Below, piece after piece: positions 43,740 to 52,188 of a stretch of DNA of 64,000 bases. How positions within the stretch are numbered: position 1 is the first letter of the stretch; each line of letters opens with the position of its first letter. Location: NCBI GenBank assembly GCA_025928655.1, contig JAICJC010000003.1:935-64934 (forward strand), read 5' to 3'. The notes below the pieces were generated by a model, which was not told the DNA's origin, did not search any database, and saw only the letters and a list, made by a program, of their open reading frames with translations. A program made the position numbers and the translations under genes. This stretch comes from Thermoleophilia bacterium (GTDB lineage: Bacteria > Actinomycetota > Thermoleophilia > Gaiellales > JAICJC01).

Positions 43740-44638
43740 GAGCCGCTCCCGGTCTCCGTGAGGTAGACCTGGATGGGCTCGCCGGTGAGGCGCTCGTAGG
43801 CCTCGACGTAGCGGCGGCGGGTGCCGGCGACGACGTCGGCGGGGATCTCCGGCCCCGGCGGGGTCTTGTCCCAGTCGAGCGTCTCGAGCCAGTCGCGCAC
43901 GTACTGCTTGTCGTAGGACGGCGGCGACCCGCCCGGCGCGTATTCGTCGACCGGCCAGAACCGGGACGAGTCCGGCGTCAGCACCTCGTCGCCGATGACG
44001 ATCCGGTCCTGATCGTCCACGCCGAACTCGAACTTCGTGTCGGCGATGATGATGCCGCGCTCTAGCGCGTAGTCGGCCGCCGTGCGGTAGAGCTCGATCG
44101 AGAGCCGCTCGATCTCGTCGAACCGCTCCTCGCCGACGAGCTCGATGCCGGCGGCGCGGTCGATGTTCGCGTCGTGGCCCTCGGTCGCCTTCGTCGACGG
44201 GGTGAAGAGCGGCTGGGGCAGCTTGTCGGCCTCGCGCAGGCCGGACGGCAGCGCATGGCCGCAGACCGACCCGGTGGCCCGGTAGTCCTTCCAGCCCGAA
44301 CCGACGAGGTAGCCGCGCACCACGCACTCGATGGGCAGCATCCTCAGCCGCCGGGCGAGCATCGTCCGCCCGGCCAGTTCGGGATTGCCCTGCGCCTCCT
44401 CGGGGAAGTCGGCCACGTTCACGCTCAGCATGTGGTTGCGAACGAGCCCGCGCGTGCGCTCGAACCAGAACCGCGAGAGCCCGGTCAGCACCCGGCCCTT
44501 GTCGGGGATGGGCGTCGGCAGCACGACGTCGAAGGCCGAGATGCGGTCGGACGCGACGAGGAGCAGGCGGTCACCGAAGCCGTACAGCTCGCGGACCTTC
44601 CCGGAGGCCTCGTGCAGATGGGACAGGGTGTCAGGCAT
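43736..44638 (-). CDS. purC: SAICAR synthetase
   Basis: In-frame ATG 44638 gives [27 protein letters not shown]. It overlaps the purB 3' end by 8 nt. Confidence 0.93.
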   Translation of the reverse strand: MPDTLSHLHEASGKVRELYGFGDRLLLVASDRISAFDVVLPTPIPDKGRVLTGLSRFWFERTRGLVRNHMLSVNVADFPEEAQGNPELAGRTMLARRLRMLPIECVVRGYLVGSGWKDYRATGSVCGHALPSGLREADKLPQPLFTPSTKATEGHDANIDRAAGIELVGEERFDEIERLSIELYRTAADYALERGIIIADTKFEFGVDDQDRIVIGDEVLTPDSSRFWPVDEYAPGGSPPSYDKQYVRDWLETLDWDKTPPGPEIPADVVAGTRRRYVEAYERLTGEPIQVYLTETGSGS

Positions 44639-45944
44639 GGGCCACCTCCGGGCGGCGTAGGGTGCGGTCGAAGATCTCGTCCACGTGGACGAGCAGGGCA
44701 TCGAGATCGAAGATGGCGTCGAGCTCGGAGGCGTCCAGGACGGCGGCCACCTCGGGATCGGCCTCGAGCAGGCCGCGCAGGGGCACCTCGCGGTCCCACG
44801 CGGCCATGGCATTGCGCTGCACGATCTCGTAGGCGCGCTCGCGGCTGATGCCCGCCTCGACCATGCGCAGGAGCGCGCGGCCGGAGAAGACGAGCCCGTG
44901 TGAGGCCTCGAGGTTTCGCAGCATCCGCTCCGGGTCGACGACAAGGCCCTCGATCAGCCAGCGGGAGCGGTCGAGCATGTAGTCGAGGGCGATCGTCGAG
45001 TCCGGCAGGACGACCCGCTCGGCGGAGGAGTGGGAGATGTCGCGCTCGTGCCAGAGGGCGACGTCCTCGAGCCCCACGCTCGCGTTCGCCCGCAGCACCC
45101 GGGCCAGGCCGGAGATGCGCTCGCACACGATCGGGTTGCGCTTGTGGGGCATGGCCGAGGAGCCCTTCTGGCCGGCGGCGAACGGCTCGAGCGCCTCGCG
45201 CACCTCCGTGCGCTGGAGGTGCCTGACCTCGACCGCGAACCGCTCCAGCGACGCCCCCGCCCCGGCGATGGCCGAGAGCAGGGCGGCATGGCGGTCGCGC
45301 GGCACGACCTGGGTGGCGACGTCCTCGCGCTCGAGCCCGAGCTCCCCCAGGGCGAGCGCCTCCATGCGGGGGTCGGAGTTGGCGTACGCGCCGACCGCAC
45401 CCGAGAGCTTGCCGACGCGGACGCCGGCGAACGCGGTCGCGAGCCGCTCGCGCTGGCGGCGCATCTCGGTCACCCATCCGAGCACCTTGAGGCCGAACGT
45501 GGTCGGCTCGGCGTGGACGCCGTGCGTGCGGCCGATGATCGGGGTGTGGCGGAACTCCTGCGCGCGCAGGGCGGCCGCCTGCTCGACGGCCTCGACGCCG
45601 GCGAGCAGGATCTCGCCCGCGTCGCGCAGCTGGAGGGCGAGGGCGGTGTCGACGACGTCGGACGACGTGAGCCCGTAGTGGAACCAGCGGGCCCCCTCGC
45701 CCACCAGCTCGGCCACCGACTCGGTGAACGCGAGCACGTCGTGGTGGGTCCGGCGTTCGATCTCGCCGATCCGGTCGACGTCGACGCGGGCCTTCGCGCG
45801 GACGGCGTCGACGGCCTCGGCCGGGACGACCCCGAGCTCGGCCCAGGCGGCCATCGCTGCGATCTCCACGTCCAGCCACCGCTGGAACTTGCGCTCGTCC
45901 GACCACACGGCGCCGATGGCGGAGCGGGTATAGCGAGAGATCAA
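44631..45944 (-). CDS. purB: adenylosuccinate lyase
   Basis: TTG start. Fumarate-lyase signature [11 protein letters not shown]. 437 aa. Confidence 0.95.
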   Translation of the reverse strand: MISRYTRSAIGAVWSDERKFQRWLDVEIAAMAAWAELGVVPAEAVDAVRAKARVDVDRIGEIERRTHHDVLAFTESVAELVGEGARWFHYGLTSSDVVDTALALQLRDAGEILLAGVEAVEQAAALRAQEFRHTPIIGRTHGVHAEPTTFGLKVLGWVTEMRRQRERLATAFAGVRVGKLSGAVGAYANSDPRMEALALGELGLEREDVATQVVPRDRHAALLSAIAGAGASLERFAVEVRHLQRTEVREALEPFAAGQKGSSAMPHKRNPIVCERISGLARVLRANASVGLEDVALWHERDISHSSAERVVLPDSTIALDYMLDRSRWLIEGLVVDPERMLRNLEASHGLVFSGRALLRMVEAGISRERAYEIVQRNAMAAWDREVPLRGLLEADPEVAAVLDASELDAIFDLDALLVHVDEIFDRTLRRPEVAHA

Positions 45945-46142
45945 GCCGGAGTCGCTACCTTCGGTCGGAGAGGGCGGCCGGGATCAGTCTACAGGAGGGT
46001 GTGGCGGGCACTCGCCGGGCGGTGTGGCGAGGCCACCCCGCGCCCGGGGGGGAAGTTCACCCGTTTGAGGGGCTAGCGGCTTGACAGGTTATCTCGTACG
46101 CTCGACTGACCCCCGTCCACGGACCTGACCCGAGGTTTCCGC

Positions 46143-48092
46143 ATGTCACGACTGTTCCGCGTAGGGCTCCCGGCCCTGCTCACACTCGCCGCGCTGGCCC
46201 TCGTGCCGGCGGCGGAAGCCACCGACGCGGCCCAGTCCGTCGTGGTGTCCTCCACGCCCGTCAGCTACACGCCGAACATCCAGGACGGCCAGGTGAACGC
46301 CGTCGCCCAGGCGGGTAACCTGATGATCGTCGGCGGCACGTTCACGAGCGTCAAGGAGAAGAAGGCCGCCACCGCCACCGCGGTGCACGAGATCGTCGCC
46401 TTCGACTCCCAGACGGGCAAGCTCGACACGAGCTTCCTGCCCGACATCGAGGGCGGTGAGGTCAGCACGATCTCGGTCGCGCCCGGCGGCCAGGCCGTCT
46501 TTGTCGGCGGCCAGTTCGACACCGTGAACGGGCAGCCCATGAAGCGGCTGGTGAAGCTCAACCTGGCCGACGGCTCGATCGACCCGGGCTTCAAGGCCAC
46601 GATCAACTCCGGCAGCTGGGTCGAGGACTCCCAGGTGCTCGGGAACGACCTCTACATCGGCGGCGCGTTCTCGTCGATCAACGGCACGGCCCGGGGGCGG
46701 CTCGCGGCGCTCGACGCCGACACCGGCGCGCTCGACCCCAACGTCGACGTGAACTTCGCCACCAAGCGCCAGGGCACCCTGCGGGTGGCCCACTTCGACA
46801 TCTCGCCCGACGGCACCAAGCTGGTCGCGACGGGCACGTTCCTGACGGCGGACGGCCTCGACCGCGCCCAGATCGCGATCCTCGACCTGACCACCACCCC
46901 GGTCTCGGTCTCGAGCTGGCAGACCAACTCGTTCAAGCCCGCCTGCTCGAGCCACTTCGACACCTACATCCGCGACGTCAAGTGGGCGCCCGACGGGAGC
47001 TACTTCATCATCGGCGACACCGGCGCGTTCTTCGGCGGCCCCAACGCGGGCGTCCTGTGCGACTCCGTGTCGCGCTGGGAGGGCAACACCTCCGGCCCCG
47101 GCCAGCTGCCGACGTGGACGGACTACAGCGGCGGCGACAGCATCACCCAGGTCGCCGTCACGGGCACCGCGGTCTACGCGGGCGGCCACCAGCGGTGGGA
47201 GAACAACCCGTTCGCGGGCGACGCCGCCGGCCCGGGCGCCGTGGGCCGGAAGGGCATCGCCGCCCTCGACCCGGTGAACGGGATGCCGTTCTCCTGGAAC
47301 CCGGGGCGCGATCCGCGCGGCTCCGGGGTGTGGGCGCTGCTCGCCACCTCGGACGGCCTGTGGGTCGGGAGCGACACCGGCTACATCGACGGCCTCAACC
47401 GCAACCGCATCGCGCTGATGCCCGTGGCGGGCGGCGAGAGCATCCCGGCCTGGAACGTCGGCACGCTGCCCGGCGATCTGTGGACGCTCGGGGTCGGCAC
47501 GAACCCGACGCACCGCAGCTTCACCGGCACCTCCGCCGGGGCGCAGACGACGCTGTCGGGCACCGGGATCGACTTCTCCCAGGTGCGCGGGGCGTTCATG
47601 ATCGGCTCGACGCTCTACACCGGGCAGTCGAACGGGCAGTTCCTCGCCCGCACCTTCGACGGGACGACGTTCGGCGCGTCGAGCGTGGTCGCACTGAACG
47701 GGCTCACGTCGTCGCAGTTCCCGATCGCGAACGTGACGGGCATGTTCTTCGACCCGTCCACGGAGCGGCTGTACTACACGGTCTCCGGCGACACGCACAT
47801 GTACTACCGGTACTTCGAGCCCGAGGACAACATCATCGGGGCGCAGACGTTCACGATCTCCGGCAACGGCGACGGTCTCACCTGGAACACGACGTCCCAG
47901 ATGATCATGGCCAACGGCAAGATCTACTACGTCGTCACCACGGGAAGCGGTGCGAACACGCAGCAGAACCTGTGGTCGATCAACTTCTCCGGCGGAAAGC
48001 CCGTCCCGGGCACCCAGACGCTGATCAGCGGCCCCTCGAAGGGCGACGGCCAGACCTGGGCCGGGCGCGGCATGTTCGTCCTGCCGAGCTAG
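46143..48092 (+). CDS. secreted beta-propeller repeat protein with additional C-terminal domain
   Basis: Signal peptide MSRLFRVGLPALLTLAALALVPAAEA. The N-terminal ~400 aa carry GGxFTS(V/I)xG repeats like the 10836..11990 product. The C-terminal ~200 aa are unassigned. Confidence 0.75.
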   Translation: MSRLFRVGLPALLTLAALALVPAAEATDAAQSVVVSSTPVSYTPNIQDGQVNAVAQAGNLMIVGGTFTSVKEKKAATATAVHEIVAFDSQTGKLDTSFLPDIEGGEVSTISVAPGGQAVFVGGQFDTVNGQPMKRLVKLNLADGSIDPGFKATINSGSWVEDSQVLGNDLYIGGAFSSINGTARGRLAALDADTGALDPNVDVNFATKRQGTLRVAHFDISPDGTKLVATGTFLTADGLDRAQIAILDLTTTPVSVSSWQTNSFKPACSSHFDTYIRDVKWAPDGSYFIIGDTGAFFGGPNAGVLCDSVSRWEGNTSGPGQLPTWTDYSGGDSITQVAVTGTAVYAGGHQRWENNPFAGDAAGPGAVGRKGIAALDPVNGMPFSWNPGRDPRGSGVWALLATSDGLWVGSDTGYIDGLNRNRIALMPVAGGESIPAWNVGTLPGDLWTLGVGTNPTHRSFTGTSAGAQTTLSGTGIDFSQVRGAFMIGSTLYTGQSNGQFLARTFDGTTFGASSVVALNGLTSSQFPIANVTGMFFDPSTERLYYTVSGDTHMYYRYFEPEDNIIGAQTFTISGNGDGLTWNTTSQMIMANGKIYYVVTTGSGANTQQNLWSINFSGGKPVPGTQTLISGPSKGDGQTWAGRGMFVLPS

Positions 48093-48098
48093 GCAATC

Positions 48099-48132
48099 GG
48101 GGAGGGTTCCCGCTCCGGCGGGAACCCTCCCC
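48099..48132 (+). terminator. perfect 15-bp stem / 4-nt loop hairpin after the propeller gene
   Basis: The sequence is ggggagggttcccgc-tccg-gcgggaaccctcccc and begins 7 nt after stop 48092. There is no U-tract. Confidence 0.55.
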
Positions 48133-48177
48133 ACCAACTGCCCCCCACCCTGACCGCGATCGAGATGGGGCGATTTG

Positions 48178-48253
48178 GGGGTCTGACCCCTTTTTGCGGC
48201 GGTGGTCGGTGACCGCAGCGGAAGGGCGAGACCGCCAAAAGGGGTCAGACCCC
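48178..48253. repeat. inverted pair of REP-like palindromes forming a 76-nt composite hairpin
   Basis: It consists of ggggtctgaccccttttt..(37-nt spacer)..aaaaggggtcagacccc, and the arms extend imperfectly into gcggcggt/gaccgcc. It lies between the convergent propeller gene and purE. Confidence 0.7.
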
Positions 48254-48269
48254 TGCTGGCGGGTCCCCA

Positions 48270-48758
48270 TTAGAAGTCCGCCGACGGCGGCGCGCCCTGG
48301 GCCAGGATCCTGGCGGCGAAGATGGCGGCGTTTCGGGCGCCGTTGATCGCCATGCAGGCGACGGGAACGCCCGGCGGCATCTGGACGATGGAGAGCAGCG
48401 AGTCCATGCCGCCGAGGTCGGAGGTCTTGATCGGAACGCCGATCACCGGCAGCTCGGTGTAGGCGGCGACAACACCCGGCAGGGCGGCCGCCTTGCCGGC
48501 GCCGGCGATGATGACGCGCACGCCGCGGAGGGCGGCGGTCGACGAGTACTCGGCCACGCCGCGGGGATCGCGGTGCGCGGACAGCGCCTGCATCTCGAAC
48601 GAGATGCCGCGCTCGTCGAGCTCCTTCGCCGCGGCCTCCATGACCTCGCGGTCGGATTCCGACCCCATGAGGATGCCGACCTGGGGGCCGTTGGACTCGA
48701 GCTCGGCCCACAGGTGTTTGACCTCGGGGGCGGGAGTTGGTTGCTCAGACATGTACAT
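48270..48758 (-). CDS. purE: N5-carboxyaminoimidazole ribonucleotide mutase
   Basis: Motifs VGILMGSESD, SAHR and GAGKAAALPGVVAA. Confidence 0.93.
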   Translation of the reverse strand: MYMSEQPTPAPEVKHLWAELESNGPQVGILMGSESDREVMEAAAKELDERGISFEMQALSAHRDPRGVAEYSSTAALRGVRVIIAGAGKAAALPGVVAAYTELPVIGVPIKTSDLGGMDSLLSIVQMPPGVPVACMAINGARNAAIFAARILAQGAPPSADF

Positions 48759-50031
48759 GCTCCGCGTTCTGCGCGGCGAGGCCGATGTCGCTGCGATGGT
48801 GCGCCCCCGCGATCCGGATCGCGTCGACGCCGAGATAGGCGCGCCGGCGGGCGGTGTGGAAGTCGGGCCCGACGGCGGTCACGTTGACGACGCGGCCGCC
48901 GGCCGTCTGGACGCCGTCGGCGCTCGCGGCCGTGCCGGCGTGGAAGACCGTGACGCCCTCGATCTCCTCCGCGTCGCCGATCCCCCGGATCGGGTCGCCG
49001 ACCTCGGGGGCGTCCGGATAGCCGCGGGCCGCGACGACGACGCTGACGCAGGCCGGCTCGGCCGGCTCGACCTCGCACCCGGCCAGGGTGCCGGTGGCCG
49101 CCCGCGCCAGCAGCGCGAGCAGGTCGCCGCCCGTGCGGGGCAGGATCACCTGCGTCTCGGGATCGCCGAAGCGGGCGTTGAACTCGATCACCTTGGGCCC
49201 CTCGGCCGTCAGGATCAGGCCGGCGTAGAGGCAGCCGCGATACGGCGCCCCGCGCCGGGCGAGCTCGTTGACGACCGGCCTGTGAACCCGCGCGACGATG
49301 TCGGCGACCATATCGGAATCCACTCCGGGCACGGGCGAGATCGAGCCCATCCCGCCCGTGTTCGGACCGGTGTCGCCGTCGCCGACGCGCTTGTAGTCGC
49401 GGGCGGGCGCGAGCGGGATGACGTGCTCCCCGTCGCAGAGCGCGAGCAGCGAGACCTCCTCGCCCTCGAGCCGCTCCTCGATCAGCACCCGCCGCCCGGA
49501 CGCGCCGAAGCGGTCGTCGACGAGCGCGGCCGCCACCGCGGCGTGCGCCTCCTCCGTCGACGAGCAGACGACGACGCCCTTCCCGGCCGCGAGACCGTCC
49601 GCCTTGACCACGACCGCGCCGCCGGCCTCGGCGATCGCGGCGTGCGCGGCCGCGACCGTGTCGCAGACCGCGAACCTGGCGGTGGGCACGCCGGCCGCCT
49701 CCATCACGCTCTTCGCAAAGGCCTTGGAGCCCTCGATCCGGGCCGCGGACGCAGACGGCCCGAAAACGCCGATACCGGCCTCGGAGAGCCGGTCGGCGAG
49801 GCCCGAGACGAGCGGCGCCTCCGGCCCGACGACGACCAGGTCGACGGCCAGCTCCTGCGCCAGCCGGGTCATGCCCTCGAGGTCGGACACGGGTACCGGG
49901 TGGCAGCGGGCGAGCGTGGCGATGCCGGGGTTGCCGGGCGCCGCGTCGAGCCGCTCGAGCAGCGGGGACCGGGCCAGCGCGCAGGCCAGGGCGTGCTCGC
50001 GACCGCCGGATCCCACCAGGAGCACTCGCAT
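48745..50031 (-). CDS. purD: phosphoribosylamine-glycine ligase
   Basis: MRVLLVGSGGREHALA.. with an ATP-grasp core. It overlaps purE by 14 nt. Confidence 0.95.
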   Translation of the reverse strand: MRVLLVGSGGREHALACALARSPLLERLDAAPGNPGIATLARCHPVPVSDLEGMTRLAQELAVDLVVVGPEAPLVSGLADRLSEAGIGVFGPSASAARIEGSKAFAKSVMEAAGVPTARFAVCDTVAAAHAAIAEAGGAVVVKADGLAAGKGVVVCSSTEEAHAAVAAALVDDRFGASGRRVLIEERLEGEEVSLLALCDGEHVIPLAPARDYKRVGDGDTGPNTGGMGSISPVPGVDSDMVADIVARVHRPVVNELARRGAPYRGCLYAGLILTAEGPKVIEFNARFGDPETQVILPRTGGDLLALLARAATGTLAGCEVEPAEPACVSVVVAARGYPDAPEVGDPIRGIGDAEEIEGVTVFHAGTAASADGVQTAGGRVVNVTAVGPDFHTARRRAYLGVDAIRIAGAHHRSDIGLAAQNAEHVHV

Positions 50032-50066
50032 CTCGCGGCGAGTCTACCGTGCCGGTGCGGCGGGGG

Positions 50067-50558
50067 TCACCCGGCCCCGAGCTCGACGAGGTACACCGGG
50101 ACGCGCGCCCGGCGGGCGACCCGGTGCGGCTCCTGCGACCAGATGAAGTCGGACGCGATCCCGCGGTGGGGGTCGGCGCCCATGACGATCGCGTCGGCGC
50201 CGAAGCGGCGCGACTCGTCCAGGATCCGCTTCGCGGCCCGGCGGGTGCCGATCACGTGCCCCCTGGCGTCGAAGCCGGCCTTCTCGACCGCGTCCCGGGC
50301 CTGGCGCACCTGCATCCGCTGGGTGTCCCACTCCTGGCGGGTGGGGTTGAGGCCCGGGTTGGGGAAGCCGAGCGACGTCCCCCACACGCGCGCGATCGAG
50401 ATCACGAGCACCTTCGCCCCCAGCGGGCGGGCCAGCTCGAACGCGCGCTGGAGCACGGGCCACGCGATCGGGCGCCCCTCCGAGGCCACCACCAGCCGCT
50501 CGATGCGGAGGGTGGCAGGATCGGGTGGGGGCGATGCCCTGCGGAACACCGCTCCCAC
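50067..50558 (-). CDS. universal stress protein (UspA family)
   Basis: This is the C-terminal part of track ORF 50067..51389. Motifs RIERLVVASEG.. and ..GADAIVMGA... The start is uncertain, with in-frame GTG at 50558 or 50549. Confidence 0.65.
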   Translation of the reverse strand: MGAVFRRASPPPDPATLRIERLVVASEGRPIAWPVLQRAFELARPLGAKVLVISIARVWGTSLGFPNPGLNPTRQEWDTQRMQVRQARDAVEKAGFDARGHVIGTRRAAKRILDESRRFGADAIVMGADPHRGIASDFIWSQEPHRVARRARVPVYLVELGAG

Positions 50559-50572
50559 CCGGAACCCTGCGA

Positions 50573-52102
50573 TCAGTCGCCTGCGGCCATCTGCGGGGCC
50601 TCCGGCGGCGGCGCCTCCTTCGCGTGCTTGGGATCCTCCACCTTGACCCGGTACCAGTACAGGGGCAGGTAGGAGAGCAGGATTGCCCAGCCGATGAAGA
50701 AGTAGATGCGCGTGTCGCTTCCGTTCAGAAGCGCGTTCGGAAGCGACGTGTACACCAGGCCGCCGTAGATCCAGATGACGAAGTATGCGATCGCCATCGC
50801 GAGCGCGATGTACTTGAAGAACTCCGGCAGCCGCACGGGCCGGCGCATGTCGGGCCGGTACCGGCGGAGCAGGTAGTAGCCGACCAGCACCGGGATGAAC
50901 GACGCCAGGTAGCCGACGTTCGAGAGCGAGTAGATCTCGACCGCGCCGCCGGTGAACACAAGCAGGATCGAGCACACGACGTTGAAGCTCATCGAGAAGC
51001 CCGGCACGCCGTGCTTGTTCACGCTCGAGAAGATGCGCGGGAACTCGCCGTCGATCGACATCTGGTGCAGTGCCCGGGCCGATCCCATGATCGCGTTCAG
51101 CACAGAGAGCGACAACGCCACCACCAGCATGATCGAGATCAGCCAGTCGAGCCAGCCCGCCCCCGTGCCGAAGATGTGGGACGCGAAGGTCGAGAAGATC
51201 GTCTTCGGGTCGGCGAACGCCGGATCGGCCAGTCTCGCGCCGAAGACGATGACGAAGCTGATCGGGATCATCGTGTAGATGAAGAGGCCGTAGAGGCCCT
51301 CGAGGTTCATCGCGATCTTGGCGTCGCGCTCCGGGTCGCGGCACTCGCCGATGTAGCAGGCGGCCGCCTCCATCGCGATCACGTTCCACGTGAGCAGGAA
51401 CGAGAAGGCGACGTAGATGACGAGCCAGTTGTGGCCGAGAGCGTTCGTGAAGAAGCCCGAGCCATCGACCTGGTGGAAGCCGGAGAGGTTGCCAAAGTCA
51501 CGCGACGACGGCTTGAACAGCGGCAGGACCGCGAGCAGCGTCAGCGGGATCATCGACAGGAGGCCGAGGACGGTGGCGAACATCGCCCCCAGCCGGATCC
51601 CGTACCACGCCGGGATGAACACGAGCAGGATGCCGATGATCGAGATCACCAGCGTCCAGTACGAGATCGGCGTGTGGATGGGCGTGAACCCGCTGGTGGA
51701 CAGGCTGAACTTCTCGCTGATGTAGAACGACGCGAGGATCATGTTCAGCGGCGCCACCGGGAACCACCCCAGCCAGTACGCCCACGACGTGAAGCCGTTC
51801 ACGTGCTTCGCGAACCGCGGCCACTTGTCCTTGTAGGCCACGTAGGCGTACGTCGGGGAGCCGCCCGTCCGCTCGGGCATCATGGCCGAGAGCTCGGCCA
51901 GCAGCAGGCACAGCATGTACCCGGTGATCGTGATCAGGATCATCACGGGAATGGCCGCCGCGCCGAGCGACGTGACCATCACCGGCGCGATGCCCGTCAC
52001 AAGGATCGTCCCCGCCAGGCCGATCACGAACGCGCCCCACCAGTTCGTCTCCCGACTCAGGCCACCGCCCTCATAGTCAGGAGCGCCGCTATCGACCGCC
52101 AT
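50573..52102 (-). CDS. APC-family amino acid/polyamine permease
   Basis: 12-TM pattern. Motifs NWWGAFVIGLAGTILVTG and ELSAMMPERTGGSPTYA. G+C is visibly lower than in the flanks. Confidence 0.85.
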   Translation of the reverse strand: MAVDSGAPDYEGGGLSRETNWWGAFVIGLAGTILVTGIAPVMVTSLGAAAIPVMILITITGYMLCLLLAELSAMMPERTGGSPTYAYVAYKDKWPRFAKHVNGFTSWAYWLGWFPVAPLNMILASFYISEKFSLSTSGFTPIHTPISYWTLVISIIGILLVFIPAWYGIRLGAMFATVLGLLSMIPLTLLAVLPLFKPSSRDFGNLSGFHQVDGSGFFTNALGHNWLVIYVAFSFLLTWNVIAMEAAACYIGECRDPERDAKIAMNLEGLYGLFIYTMIPISFVIVFGARLADPAFADPKTIFSTFASHIFGTGAGWLDWLISIMLVVALSLSVLNAIMGSARALHQMSIDGEFPRIFSSVNKHGVPGFSMSFNVVCSILLVFTGGAVEIYSLSNVGYLASFIPVLVGYYLLRRYRPDMRRPVRLPEFFKYIALAMAIAYFVIWIYGGLVYTSLPNALLNGSDTRIYFFIGWAILLSYLPLYWYRVKVEDPKHAKEAPPPEAPQMAAGD

Positions 52103-52188
52103 GAGACCTCCTTCGCACGGGGATATCGGGGCTAGTGAAGCATGTCACTCGGTCGGAGTAAAGGGCTTTCGGGAAAAAGGCTCTTCTG

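Noticed and set aside
45945-46142. Possible ZTP riboswitch or PurR box in the purB leader, and a TTGACA at 46081 as promoter of the propeller gene
   Set aside because: No ZTP core motifs were seen. The TTGACA has no TAnnnT element at 16-18 nt spacing; the only TACGCT is 10 nt away. No promoter call is supported.
48178-48253. REP palindromes as a possible CRISPR array or miniature CRISPR
   Set aside because: The copies are inverted rather than direct. They occur singly or in pairs at scattered loci, they lack regular repeat-spacer periodicity, and no cas genes are present.
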